In this document: positions 1-10,084 of the stretch, piece by piece
Position numbering within the stretch: the stretch's first letter is position 1
Layout of the letters: the number at the start of each line of letters is the position of its first letter
Assembly: GCA_963706325.1 (NCBI GenBank)
Contig: CAVPLT010000001.1
Location: forward strand, 864,001-928,000
DNA from: an uncultured Nitrospiraceae bacterium
Lineage (GTDB): Bacteria > Nitrospirota > Nitrospiria > Nitrospirales > Nitrospiraceae
DNA length: 64,000 nt
Direction of reading: 5' to 3'
Position numbers and translations under genes: made by a program
The notes under the pieces: model-generated
What the model was told of the DNA's origin: nothing
Seen by the model: the letters and a program-made list of their open reading frames with translations, nothing else
Databases searched by the model: none

Positions 1-273
1 GCCGAACAGGCCGGCCGATTAGGGAAAGAGCTTTACGAACGAATGGCAGTTCTGACCGACCACCTCAATGAAATCGGTCAGGCTCTCGGCAAGAGTGTGG
101 GCGCTTATAATAAGGCGGTGGGATCGTTGGAGAGCCGGGTGCTGCCGGCTACCAGAAAGTTCAAGGAACTCGGGATTTCATCAGGCAAAGACATTGCGCT
201 GCTGGAAGCGTGCGACAGCGAACCGAGGGCCGGCCTCTCATTCACCACCGAAGACATGAGGACAAGAGGATGA
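1..273 (+). CDS. rmuC: DNA recombination protein RmuC, C-terminal part (runs off window start)
   Basis: Frame open from base 1: LGKELYERMAVLTDHL..GKSVGAYNKAVGSLESRVLPATRKFKELG, typical RmuC C-terminus. Confidence 0.85.
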   Translation, partial: AEQAGRLGKELYERMAVLTDHLNEIGQALGKSVGAYNKAVGSLESRVLPATRKFKELGISSGKDIALLEACDSEPRAGLSFTTEDMRTRG

Positions 274-698
274 TGGATCCCCAGGCGATGGTGGAGGAAT
301 TTCACCGGAAATTTGACATTGCCGTTGCAGATGGCCCGACCCTACCTGAGGAGGGAACCCGCCAGTTGCGAATGCGGCTGATTCAGGAAGAGTTTGAGGA
401 ACTTAAGGAAGCGATAGCTGCCCAGGACCTCCCGGGCGTGGCAAAGGAATTGGCGGATTTGCTGTACGTGGTCTATGGAACAGCCGTGTCCTATGGGGTG
501 GATATGGATCCCGTGTTTCGAGAAGTCCATCGCTCGAACTTGAGCAAGGTCGGCGGCTATAAACGCGCCGACGGCAAGTGGGTAAAACCGTCCAGTTATT
601 CTCCAGCGCAAGTGGAGGCCCTTCTTGCCGCGCAGTCGGCAAAAAGCGATTCGTCAGCCCAATTTGTCGCAACAGAAATGACGGAGTCAGAATCATAG
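270..698 (+). CDS. MazG-like / all-alpha NTP pyrophosphohydrolase
   Basis: EEFEEL..KELADLLYVVYG..VHRSNLSK motifs; ATGA overlap with the rmuC stop at 270-273. Confidence 0.8.
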   Translation: MMDPQAMVEEFHRKFDIAVADGPTLPEEGTRQLRMRLIQEEFEELKEAIAAQDLPGVAKELADLLYVVYGTAVSYGVDMDPVFREVHRSNLSKVGGYKRADGKWVKPSSYSPAQVEALLAAQSAKSDSSAQFVATEMTESES

Positions 699-699
699 G

Positions 700-1209
700 A
701 TGAAAGAGCTTCATTGTCCGGCGTGCGGCACGCCGTGTGTCAGAGTCTCATCAAGGTCCGGCTTCATTGAAAAGCTGTTGAATCAGTTGCACATCTTTCA
801 ATTTCGTTGCCAGCTTTGCACCACCCGTTTCCAAGCTCGCAGGCCTGGAAATAGACAGACTTCACAGGAGTTCGATCGACGCGAATATCGGCGACTACGA
901 ACGAATTTGGCTGCATCGTTGATCTTGGATCCTCCCTCCTTGGACGGCCTGGTGTCCGACATTTCGATGGGGGGGTGCACGTTGCAAGTTACCACGGCAC
1001 TTCCGCGGGGTACATTCGTGAAAGTGGTATTGCATGCTCCCGGCGGACAGCCTGACATCAAGATCGATGCGGCTATGATTTCTTCGATTCAGCCACTCTC
1101 GATCGGTGTAAAGTTTCTAGAATTTCAGCCAGAAGATAAACAGCGGATGGGTCAATTAGTTCTCGAACTCCTCGCCTATCAAAACACCGCTCCCCGTGTC
1201 AGCGCCTAG
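700..1209 (+). CDS. Zn-ribbon + PilZ domain protein
   Basis: CPACG..CQLC at N-terminus; PilZ motifs RREYRR and DISMGG. Confidence 0.8.
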   Translation: MKELHCPACGTPCVRVSSRSGFIEKLLNQLHIFQFRCQLCTTRFQARRPGNRQTSQEFDRREYRRLRTNLAASLILDPPSLDGLVSDISMGGCTLQVTTALPRGTFVKVVLHAPGGQPDIKIDAAMISSIQPLSIGVKFLEFQPEDKQRMGQLVLELLAYQNTAPRVSA

Positions 1210-1317
1210 CCTCGTCTCTTTCTGAATGCTGCCTCCGTTGTGCTTGAAAACGGCACCGATAGTCGAGCTGCGATCGACGGGTTGCCGTCCGCTTCAGAAG
1301 CATTGCCGACAAAAACA

Positions 1318-2172
1318 TTAGGCCCTACGAACTAAAACCAGTCTATTGTCGAGTAAGCGCACGTCCCCAATCCGGAGCGCGCCGAGAAGCACGGTCTTGC
1401 GGTGGACTGTCGTGAGGGGTTCCAGGGTGAGGGGATCACAAACCGCCAAGTATTCCGTTGTCGCGAGGGGTTCCTGCGCGACCACCCGAGCCATGCGACG
1501 TTGAATTTGTGGGCCACGCCTTTCTCCGGCACGAATAGCCGCCGCCCCGGCTTGGAGTGCGCGGTACAGCACAGGAGCAACCTGACGAGAAGAGGCGGAT
1601 AGGTAGATATTGCGCGAGCTCATGGCGAGCCCATCTGGCTCACGCACCGTGGGATGGACGATCAGTCGGCCGGGAAGGTTGAGATCCGTTACCAGCTGTC
1701 GGACTAAGGCCGCTTGCTGATAGTCTTTCTGTCCAAACCAAGTATTGTCGGGTTGGACCAGGCACAGTAGCTTGGTGACGACGGTCGCCACACCTTGAAA
1801 ATGATGCGGTCGAGCCTCGCCCTCCCAACGTCTGGCAATGGTCGGCACCGTCACGACGGTTTGAGCGCCCGGAGAGTACATCGCCTGTCGCTCCGGTGCG
1901 AAGATCACATCGACACCTTCTGCCAGGCAGAGCGCCCGATCGAGTCGGAGCTGGCGCGGATATTTAGAGAGGTCTTCCGTCGGACCGAACTGCGTCGGGT
2001 TCACGAAGATACTCACGACTACCGCATCGCAGGCCAATCGAGCGGCACGGATCAAGGCGCGATGGCCCCCATGCAACGCTCCCATCGTTGGGACGAACCC
2101 GATCGTCACCCCTTCACGACGGAGCCGTCGGCTCCACGCAGCCATCGTCCTCGGTGTGCGGATGGTCCTCAT
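1318..2172 (-). CDS. panC: Pantoate--beta-alanine ligase
   Basis: FVPTMGALHGGH, SIFVNPTQF, FGQKDYQQ, GLAMSSRN motifs. Confidence 0.97.
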   Translation of the reverse strand: MRTIRTPRTMAAWSRRLRREGVTIGFVPTMGALHGGHRALIRAARLACDAVVVSIFVNPTQFGPTEDLSKYPRQLRLDRALCLAEGVDVIFAPERQAMYSPGAQTVVTVPTIARRWEGEARPHHFQGVATVVTKLLCLVQPDNTWFGQKDYQQAALVRQLVTDLNLPGRLIVHPTVREPDGLAMSSRNIYLSASSRQVAPVLYRALQAGAAAIRAGERRGPQIQRRMARVVAQEPLATTEYLAVCDPLTLEPLTTVHRKTVLLGALRIGDVRLLDNRLVLVRRA

Positions 2173-2174
2173 TG

Positions 2175-2732
2175 TCAGGGTTCTGGCGTGATAGAGGAAC
2201 TGCAGGCGGGCCGTGATCCGTACCGAGAATTCGGCTGAGGGTCGAGGCGTCGCACGACCGACTGATCGACCAGCGTCCGCAAGAGCTCACGCAGGCTCTG
2301 TGCGAAGACCGGATGTTGCCGGTTGGGAGCCAGTTCGACGAGCGGGGCGAGGACAAATCGGCGCTGATGCAATCGCGGATGGGGAATTGTGAGTGCAGGG
2401 TCGTTGATCACGCAGTCATCGTACAATAAGAGGTCGAGATCGAGTGTCCTAGGGCCCTTGCGATTTTGGGGATCGCGCCCGAGAGCCCGTTCGATTTCGC
2501 GGCAAATCTCCAGCAGGCTGTTCGGCGCGATGTTAGTTTCGATTTGTGCGACGCCGTTCAGGAACCATTCCGGGCCTGGTGCCGCTCCATCGTTGACTGG
2601 TTCGGTCTCATAGAGAGAGGACACCGCATCGAGCCGTGAGTGCGGCAGGAGGCTGAGCAACGTCACCGCTCGGTCGCAAAAATCGATTCGGTTGCCGATG
2701 TTGGAACCAAAGCCAATAAACGCTGTCGCCAT
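2175..2732 (-). CDS. folK: 2-amino-4-hydroxy-6-hydroxymethyldihydropteridine diphosphokinase
   Basis: GSNIG, SSLYETEP, GPRTLDLDLLLY, IPHPRLHQRRFVLAPL. Confidence 0.97.
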   Translation of the reverse strand: MATAFIGFGSNIGNRIDFCDRAVTLLSLLPHSRLDAVSSLYETEPVNDGAAPGPEWFLNGVAQIETNIAPNSLLEICREIERALGRDPQNRKGPRTLDLDLLLYDDCVINDPALTIPHPRLHQRRFVLAPLVELAPNRQHPVFAQSLRELLRTLVDQSVVRRLDPQPNSRYGSRPACSSSITPEP

Positions 2733-2801
2733 AAGTTTGCCAGTCAGGCGTTCGGCGTAAGGCGGGTAGGGAGAAACTTGGTCAGCTCACCCCGCACGAC
2801 C

Positions 2802-3977
2802 TTAGAACCCCGCCTTCTTGATGCGCTCGACCGCTTCTGCGAGCCGCTCCTTCGTGGTGCATACGGTCATTCGAATGTAGCCTTCGCCTGGCGCGCCGAA
2901 ACCGTTCCCCGGTGTGGTGACGATGCCGGCCTTCTCCAGGAGGTGTGCGGTGAACGAGGCAGAGGAGTAGCCCTTCGGCACGGTCACCCAGATGTAAAAC
3001 GCGGCAGGGGGAGGATCGACTTCCAAGCCCAGTTTCCTCAAACCTGGCACCAGCGTATCCCGGCGTTCTTGATACACCTTTCGGAGGCCGTCGGTGACTG
3101 CATCGTCGAGGCCTAGCGCCGTGATGCCGGCGGCTTGCACCGCCTCGAATACACCGGAGTCCAATTGGCTCTTCACCTTGCCGAGCCCAGTCAAGACATT
3201 TTTGTTGCCGACCACGAACCCGATGCGCCAGCCTGTCATGTTGTATGTTTTGGAGAGCGAGTGGAACTCAACGCCGACCTCTTTAGCCCCATCTACTTCG
3301 AGAAAGCTCGTCGGGCGCTTGCCGTCGTAATAGATTTCAGAGTATGCCGCGTCATGACAGACGATGACGTGATGTTCTTGCGCAAACTCCACGACGCGCT
3401 TGAAGTACTCTTTGGTCATGATGACCGAGGTGGGATTGTTCGGTGAATTGAGCCACATCAGCTTGGCCTTCTTGGCCACGTCTTTTGGAATCGCGTTCAA
3501 ATCAGGAAGAAAGCCATTCGCCTTCGTGAGCGGCATGATGTGCGAGACGCCACCGGAAAAGCTCGTCCCGACCGGATAGACCGGATAACCGGGACTGGGT
3601 ACCAAGACAATATCACCCGGATCGACGAACGCGAGGTGGACGTGGCCGATCCCTTCTTTCGAGCCGATCAACGTCAGTACTTCGTTGGACGGATCGAGTG
3701 TGACGTCGAATCGGCGCTTGTACCAGTCTGCCACCGCTTTGCGAAACGACAGCATGCCTTCGTACGAAGGATATTGATGGTGTTTTGGATTCTTAGCCGC
3801 TTGGGCCAGGCTGTCGATGATAGGCGCCGGCGTCGGCAGATCAGGATCGCCGATGCCAAGATTAATGATATCGACGCCGCGTGCGACAGCTTCTTGCTTC
3901 ATCTTATCGATGGCGGCGAATAGATAGGGCGGCAGTGTTTTGATGCGGGTGGCGTATTCGATCGAGAAACCGGACAT
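2802..3977 (-). CDS. dapL: LL-diaminopimelate aminotransferase (class I/II PLP aminotransferase)
   Basis: LPPYLFA, LGIGDPD, GSKEGI, HSLSKTYNMTGWRIG. Confidence 0.85.
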   Translation of the reverse strand: MSGFSIEYATRIKTLPPYLFAAIDKMKQEAVARGVDIINLGIGDPDLPTPAPIIDSLAQAAKNPKHHQYPSYEGMLSFRKAVADWYKRRFDVTLDPSNEVLTLIGSKEGIGHVHLAFVDPGDIVLVPSPGYPVYPVGTSFSGGVSHIMPLTKANGFLPDLNAIPKDVAKKAKLMWLNSPNNPTSVIMTKEYFKRVVEFAQEHHVIVCHDAAYSEIYYDGKRPTSFLEVDGAKEVGVEFHSLSKTYNMTGWRIGFVVGNKNVLTGLGKVKSQLDSGVFEAVQAAGITALGLDDAVTDGLRKVYQERRDTLVPGLRKLGLEVDPPPAAFYIWVTVPKGYSSASFTAHLLEKAGIVTTPGNGFGAPGEGYIRMTVCTTKERLAEAVERIKKAGF

Positions 3978-4289
3978 GCGTGAGGGCTCCTTTGTTGGCT
4001 TGAGCGGCGGTGCTCAGCAATGTGTGATGCGTGAGCGGTTGCCCGCCAGTGCGTATATCAGTGAAGGTAGGGTACCGCAGGACCGGTTCTGCAATCAACG
4101 GAAAGGAAGTGAGCGAGCGGTGCCACGAGTGGGTGCCTGCTCGCTTCGATGATGTCTCAGGGTCTGCCGAATCGGTGGGTGCGACCCTTTGGGTTAGGTT
4201 GACAGGATAGGAAATTCGAACTAGGGTTGCTGATCTCCAGCCACCCATGCCATGAGACATGGAGGCTGTTTTGTGAGAGAGATTGACCC

Positions 4290-4736
4290 ATGTCAGTGCT
4301 CTCCCATGTCCACGCCCTCTGTGAGACAATTCGCCATCGGGTGACCATTCCAGTGCTGCTGGGACGACCCGATTTGGCGGTTCCTGGCCTGTATGTCTGG
4401 CCGTGGCGTATGGAGATCAGCGCCGAACGGTCAAATGATCGCCCTGGACCACCGATGGGTGAGGGAAGATCGTTGGTCGACCAGCCGACATGCCGCACCC
4501 ATATTCTCCTCCTTCCAATGCCTGCACTGTCCGTTGAAGGTTGGACGAGTCTGGAGAAGGCGCAGCTCGCATTCCATGATCACCCCGTGCTCACGGTTGA
4601 TGGAAACATCTTGCGCATCATCCCTGAGGCGAGCTTCTCGGTCGAAGAATTGGCCGCGCTGTTCATCGCGGCGCAGATGCCGCTGTCCGTCTGCGCGGCG
4701 TGTGTCCTCTCGGGACCACTGCTGCCGATGGCCTAG
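4290..4736 (+). CDS. Hypothetical protein resembling the DUF4255/Pvc16 N-terminal domain
   Basis: LYVWPWR..P..HILL..FHDHPVL..SVEELAALF..LSV pattern recalls Pvc16/DUF4255; recognised by eye only. Confidence 0.45.
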   Translation: MSVLSHVHALCETIRHRVTIPVLLGRPDLAVPGLYVWPWRMEISAERSNDRPGPPMGEGRSLVDQPTCRTHILLLPMPALSVEGWTSLEKAQLAFHDHPVLTVDGNILRIIPEASFSVEELAALFIAAQMPLSVCAACVLSGPLLPMA

Positions 4737-5075
4737 CACTGACACAACCATAAGAACGGAAGGCCATGCAGCCGGAGGTATGGCTCCCGGTGGCGAGGGG
4801 GGATCTCATGCAATTTCGGCCGGCGCCCAAGGGAGTGGACCGTTTCGACGGCGACACTCGTTTGAAGGCCTCTCCCAAGACATCATTCCTCTGTGTCTCC
4901 GTAGCTGAACCTCAGGCAGTCTGTGTCCCTGGCCGATATGAGTGGCCCTCAAGGCTAGCGGCTTGGTACGGCCTACGATGTGGCGTTTCGTGACGATACA
5001 TCTTCCCTGTGGCCTACTGATATACAGAGGTCGCGACTTGGTAAGCATCGGAATGAAACTCATGGAGAGAATACG

Positions 5076-5432
5076 ATGAAGCAATTGTCTCCCTGTCCAT
5101 CAAGTCCCAACTGCGTGTCAACCCAGGCAGAAGATCAGAAGCACTCGATCGCGCCCTTTCGCTATCAGAAAAAGTTGCCCGAAGCGATAGGCGCCCTAAA
5201 GACTATTGTGCTCTCGCTCCCTCGCGCGGTACTCGTTGAAGAAGAGGGGGCCTATCTGCGTGTGGAGGTCACGAGTTTCTTGCTGCGATTCGTCGACGAT
5301 GTGGAATTCGTGTTCGACGATAACAGCAAAACCGTGCAGTTTCGTTCCGCTTCCCGAACCGGCTACAGTGATCTTGGGGTGAACCGCAAGCGGATGGAAG
5401 CGATCCGTGTTCTGGCTGAAGGAAAACTATAG
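5076..5432 (+). CDS. DUF1499 family protein
   Basis: LSPCPSSPNCVST, FVDDVEF, RSASRTGYSDLGVNRKR; ATG at 5076 after GGAGA. Confidence 0.9.
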   Translation: MKQLSPCPSSPNCVSTQAEDQKHSIAPFRYQKKLPEAIGALKTIVLSLPRAVLVEEEGAYLRVEVTSFLLRFVDDVEFVFDDNSKTVQFRSASRTGYSDLGVNRKRMEAIRVLAEGKL

Positions 5433-5599
5433 CCCGGACTTGATAAAACGTGCTGGGAACCATGCGTTCGGACGTTCGGAAGTGTCTGGATATCTACGCA
5501 GCCATTCATTTATAGTTGAATTGGGTGCCCTAACGAGTCAAGATGCCTATAAGATAGAGCAAGCTGAGCGGTTACTGTGACACTCGAAAGAGTTTTCTC

Positions 5600-6121
5600 A
5601 TGACACCACTATTCCGCCTCTTCGTGATATCCATGTTGGCGCTGTTCACTGGCTGTGTATCGGTACAGGTCGATCCCTTGACCGGTAAGGCTTTTGAGCC
5701 TCGCGTGGGGGGAGATGACGTAAAGATTTTGCAGCGTGAGCCCAATCGCGGATATGTACAGATCGCCCGCATTGTGGCGACGAGTGAACATGCCACAGAA
5801 GAGACGCTGCGGGATCGTATTCTCTCTCGAGCGAAGGAGTTGGGGGCTGATGCCGTGGTGCTTGGAGAGGCGGATGTGCGTCGTCTCGCCGATCGCGGCC
5901 CTACGTTTCAGTCGACCATGGGTTCTGGCATTCAGGGCGCCACGTCGGCTACCAACTATCGCAGCGGGTATTGGAACCCATTCCGGATGGATGCCTGGAG
6001 TTTCGCTCAAGGAGCCGGCGGCGGACAAGGCTGGATGCTTCACATGTCTGGCTTGGCCATTCGTTATGTGTCTGATGAAGAGCTGCGTGCCGCTCCCTCG
6101 CAAGTGCCAGCCGTGCCCTAA
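5600..6121 (+). CDS. Putative lipoprotein, unknown function
   Basis: Signal peptide with LFTGC lipobox; RAKELGADAVV motif. Confidence 0.65.
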   Translation: MTPLFRLFVISMLALFTGCVSVQVDPLTGKAFEPRVGGDDVKILQREPNRGYVQIARIVATSEHATEETLRDRILSRAKELGADAVVLGEADVRRLADRGPTFQSTMGSGIQGATSATNYRSGYWNPFRMDAWSFAQGAGGGQGWMLHMSGLAIRYVSDEELRAAPSQVPAVP

Positions 6122-6592
6122 CCCATCCTTATCATCGACTCATGTACGCATAAAAGTCCTAGCCGCCGGGCCTAGATCCTTTTGCCTCAGGCAGGTTCTT
6201 GCTGAGCATTATACAAGTCGCTCCATTGCATCTGCTCGGCGATGCATCGGAGGGTCCAGACGTCGGCCTATCAGTCACCTGGTTACGCGGGGAATCGTCT
6301 GTTCACCCCACTTTGACGCCTTGCCTGGTAGGCGGCGAACCTACGAGGTGGGAAGTAATGGGAGAAGAACATGAATTCCTTGACCCTCCAGAATAACTTT
6401 GACATAAAAGTTGAAGGGCCGTCGGAGTGAGTGTTAAAGACCTCTGCTTCTTGAGGATATCCGATCGTCATTTCAGGCAGGCTGGACGGTCGGTCGGCAA
6501 GATACATGAATCTGCATACGGCTCGCCGGTGGTGTATCAGCATCACAGGTGGTTGATGTTTGTACCCTGGAAGGCATTGTAGGAAGGGATAT

Positions 6593-7456
6593 ATGGCAAT
6601 GTCGGGGCTGAATGTCGACCAGCAGCATCCGGTTGCGTTGACCCACGTTCAAATTAGGCCTGCCAAAGGCCTGTTGGATTTGGATTTGTCGAGCTTATGG
6701 CATTATCGGGAGTTGATTTACATTTTAGTCTGGCGCGATGTGACTGTGCGGTACAAGCAAACTGTACTGGGCGTCGCCTGGGCCATGTTCCAGCCAGTCG
6801 CGACCATGCTTATTTTTACGGCTGTATTCAGTGTAATGGGAAAGATCCCTTCGGATGGTGCTCCCTATCCCGTATTCCTGTACGCAGGCTTGCTGCCATG
6901 GTTTTATCTGTCGCAAGCCTTGAATCGGGGAGGGACCAGTTTGGTCGGAGAGGCCCCGCTTATCAGTAAGGTCTATTTCCCTCGACTCATTCTGCCCCTC
7001 TCGGCAACACTTGCGCCATTGGTCGATCTTCTGCTCGCATTCCTCGCATTCGTTGGCTTGATGGCATGGTTCCATGTCATGCCGACCTGGCGCGTCCTGC
7101 TGTTGCCTCTATTCGCCGGCCTGGCTGCAACCGTGACTTTCGCGGGGGGACTTTGGATCTCTGCGCTCTACGTCAAGTATCGCGATGTGGGGCATATCCT
7201 ACCCATGTTTATCCAGCTGGGAATGTTTGTGTCGCCCATCCTGTACCCCGTCAGCAAGGTGCCTGAGTCTTGGAGAGGGATCTATGCATTGAATCCGGTC
7301 GTGAGTGTGGTTGAGGGATTTCGATGGGCGCTCATTCCAGGATTCCAGGTGGATTTTTCAATGATCCTGCCGAGTCTGGGCATTGTCGGCCTCGTCCTCG
7401 TCGGTGGGTTGATCTATTTTCGTTCTATGGAACGCACCTTCGCGGATGTGATTTAA
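6593..7456 (+). CDS. wzm: Polysaccharide ABC exporter permease (Wzm/RfbA-type)
   Basis: RDVTVRYKQTVLG, LISKVYFPR, YRDVGH, LNPV motifs; multiple TM segments. Confidence 0.9.
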   Translation: MAMSGLNVDQQHPVALTHVQIRPAKGLLDLDLSSLWHYRELIYILVWRDVTVRYKQTVLGVAWAMFQPVATMLIFTAVFSVMGKIPSDGAPYPVFLYAGLLPWFYLSQALNRGGTSLVGEAPLISKVYFPRLILPLSATLAPLVDLLLAFLAFVGLMAWFHVMPTWRVLLLPLFAGLAATVTFAGGLWISALYVKYRDVGHILPMFIQLGMFVSPILYPVSKVPESWRGIYALNPVVSVVEGFRWALIPGFQVDFSMILPSLGIVGLVLVGGLIYFRSMERTFADVI

Positions 7457-8758
7457 ATGGGTAATATCGCGATTCGAGCGGAGCAGCTGTCAAAACAGTA
7501 TCAGTTGGGCGCGGGAAGCGTCCAACACAATACTCTGCGCGATCACCTGATGCACGGCCTAAGAATTCTCACGCGACGGACAACCCCTGCATCCGATTCA
7601 GACCCGCTGTTCTGGGCGTTGAGGGATGTTTCATTTGAGGTCAAGCGGGGTGAGGTGCTGGGGATCATCGGTCATAACGGTGCAGGCAAGAGTACCTTGC
7701 TCAAAATTTTATCCCGGATCACTCAGCCGACCACGGGGACGGCAGATATTTATGGACGTGTGAGCTCCTTGCTTGAGGTTGGAACGGGTTTCCATTCTGA
7801 GCTCACAGGGCGAGAGAACATTTTCCTGAACGCGGCCATGCTGGGTATGCGCCGCCATGAAGTGTTGCGAAAATTCGATGAGATTGTCGCCTTTTCAGGC
7901 GTCGAGGACTTCATCAATACGCCAGTGAAACGTTATTCCAGTGGCATGTATGTGCGACTTGCGTTCGCCGTGGCGGCACACCTCGAACCCGAAATTTTGA
8001 TCGTGGACGAGGTTCTCGCCGTCGGGGACGCCACCTTCCAGCAAAAGTGCTTGGGCAAGATGGAAGAGGTCAGTCGAAGTGGAAGGACGGTCCTCATCGT
8101 CAGTCATAACATGACGGTGATCGAGGGGCTCTGCGAGCGGGCGATTCTTCTCGAGAAAGGGCAAGTGGCGAAAGTCGGTCAGACTCACACGGTGGTTGAA
8201 GAATATGCCGATGGGATTCGGACGATGGCCGGAACGGCAATCGAGGCTCGCCGAGATCGGGAAGGACTTGGCGAAATCCTGCTGACTCGTATCGAGGTGT
8301 TGGATAGTGACCGACAGGCTGTCGCCGCCGCGATTACCGGACGTGATACGGTGATTCGCCTGTATTATCGATGCACCTCGGGGAAAGAGTTTGCGAATTG
8401 CCGGGTCAGCATTTCCGTGAATGGCCGCAAGGGACAGGATTTGTTTGTACTATCAACGGATATTGTAGATCCCACGCCGTTGACCTTGCGCGGAGAGGGG
8501 CATGTCGATTTCATCGTCCCTCAGTTGCCGTTAACAGGTGGCGCGTATTTTTTTCAATCCTACATCGAATCGAATGGACACGCCCAAGATTGGGTCAAAA
8601 ACGTCGCGCCATTTTCCGTGCTCGACGGTGACTACTACGGAACGGGCAAGCTTTGCCCGCCGGGTTGGGAAGCCAACGGCGTGCTGATTCCGTATCGCTG
8701 GGAGTGCAGCAAAGACCTCCGAGCCAATGCATTGCCATCCCCCGCCGGCCTGAACTAA
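7457..8758 (+). CDS. wzt: Polysaccharide ABC exporter ATPase (Wzt) with C-terminal carbohydrate-binding domain
   Basis: FWALRDVSF, GHNGAGKST, YSSGMYVRLAF, VDEVLAVGD; beta-rich C-terminal extension. Confidence 0.9.
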   Translation: MGNIAIRAEQLSKQYQLGAGSVQHNTLRDHLMHGLRILTRRTTPASDSDPLFWALRDVSFEVKRGEVLGIIGHNGAGKSTLLKILSRITQPTTGTADIYGRVSSLLEVGTGFHSELTGRENIFLNAAMLGMRRHEVLRKFDEIVAFSGVEDFINTPVKRYSSGMYVRLAFAVAAHLEPEILIVDEVLAVGDATFQQKCLGKMEEVSRSGRTVLIVSHNMTVIEGLCERAILLEKGQVAKVGQTHTVVEEYADGIRTMAGTAIEARRDREGLGEILLTRIEVLDSDRQAVAAAITGRDTVIRLYYRCTSGKEFANCRVSISVNGRKGQDLFVLSTDIVDPTPLTLRGEGHVDFIVPQLPLTGGAYFFQSYIESNGHAQDWVKNVAPFSVLDGDYYGTGKLCPPGWEANGVLIPYRWECSKDLRANALPSPAGLN

Positions 8759-8910
8759 TCCCCACGCAGCCTATTCGCCCCACGGAATCGATGGATCCCG
8801 CCGTCTTCTGCACCCCTCTGTCGATTATTTACTTATCACTCCGCAACGAACCGCGAGTGGGGTACGATTCTGCCTAACAGTGGCGGCTGAGGATCGACTG
8901 AGGCGTACAC

Positions 8911-9114
8911 ATGGGTTTCGGGTTCGATGACGGACGACAGGCACAGCTGGAGCTGGCTGGGTTAAAGCGCACGCTTGATTGGACCAACATCCAACGCGAA
9001 CAGTTGTTGGATCGCCTCGATCTTCTGCGTCTGGACAATCAGCGGCTGCAGGAACGTGTGGACGATCTGGAACGCCGACTGGCTGAACTCAAGCAGCAAG
9101 AGCCGCTGTTCTAA
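8911..9114 (+). CDS. Small coiled-coil hypothetical protein
   Basis: 67 aa with leucine heptads; GAGG upstream. Confidence 0.6.
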   Translation: MGFGFDDGRQAQLELAGLKRTLDWTNIQREQLLDRLDLLRLDNQRLQERVDDLERRLAELKQQEPLF

Positions 9115-9246
9115 CACCAGCACCGCATTACCTCAGATTCTCTTCTCTCCGCCTCTCGTCGTCCTGTCTCCGGCTCCATCGGCGTGATAAGGTATCCTAT
9201 TCGCGATGTCGGTCGATAGCCGCACGAACAAAGGGCTCGAGCAACG

Positions 9247-10065
9247 ATGACCCATACGATCAAAACGATGGACGATCTCCGTTGGTTTCTCTCGCACACC
9301 CAAGGATTTCGTGGCGGGCAGGTAACAGATGTGCACGTGGCCAAGCGCCGGATCTTCGATGAAGAGAGCGGGCGCGAGATCCTGGCAGGGAACACGGTGA
9401 CAGTGGTAGTCCGCTACCCGGCGGAGGGCATTTTACGGATCGCCAAGTTGACGATGCAGGGGGTTTCAGACCTGTCCATCTTTGAGCAGGAGGGTGCTGA
9501 TCCTTCACGCCTAGGCGTGATCCAGGTGGAGTTCAACGCAGGGAGGTTCCGTTTCTGGTTCGATCCGCATGGTGAACTCTACGTGGTTTGCGAGGAAGCC
9601 CTGCTCGAAGAGGTCTCGCTGCCCCAGAGCGATGCGGACATGGGCGGTGCGGTGGCGCAATGGACGTTTCAGGCTGATTGCGGCGAGGCCCCCACCGTAG
9701 CCTGGTTACTGGATCAGCTGGATCAGGCGGGAGCGCCCTGCATCTGGAAAGCGGCAAGATCTCGGCCGACGCAGGATCGAGTGATGTGCTGGGAAGGCGA
9801 ACTCGTGGCCGCAGTAGATGTGAACGCGGGACCTGCCGCGGCAGTCGAAGTGCAGATCTACGGACCGATCGACGGTGCGGGGTTTGGAATGCGCATGCGC
9901 CTCCATCACCTTGCCGCTCGGTCAGGCGGCCGTTTACTAAACTTGGTGACCGATCTGGTCACGCAATCCTTTGCCGGAACCTGCCTTGTGGGCCAGATGT
10001 TCCTTTCGCACGACGACTGGGCTAGCTGGAAATCGCTGGGCCGCGCGTATCAGGCGCGCTCGTGA
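9247..10065 (+). CDS. Hypothetical protein
   Basis: 272-aa ORF with protein-like composition; no recognised motif. Confidence 0.65.
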   Translation: MTHTIKTMDDLRWFLSHTQGFRGGQVTDVHVAKRRIFDEESGREILAGNTVTVVVRYPAEGILRIAKLTMQGVSDLSIFEQEGADPSRLGVIQVEFNAGRFRFWFDPHGELYVVCEEALLEEVSLPQSDADMGGAVAQWTFQADCGEAPTVAWLLDQLDQAGAPCIWKAARSRPTQDRVMCWEGELVAAVDVNAGPAAAVEVQIYGPIDGAGFGMRMRLHHLAARSGGRLLNLVTDLVTQSFAGTCLVGQMFLSHDDWASWKSLGRAYQARS

Positions 10066-10084
10066 TGGTCAAGCGGCATACACA

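Noticed and set aside
3980..4290. Lysine riboswitch or structured RNA upstream of dapL (GCGACCCT/AGGGTTGC pairing near 4180-4230)
   Set aside because: Only short complementary stretches; no recognisable riboswitch consensus; would need an Infernal/Rfam scan
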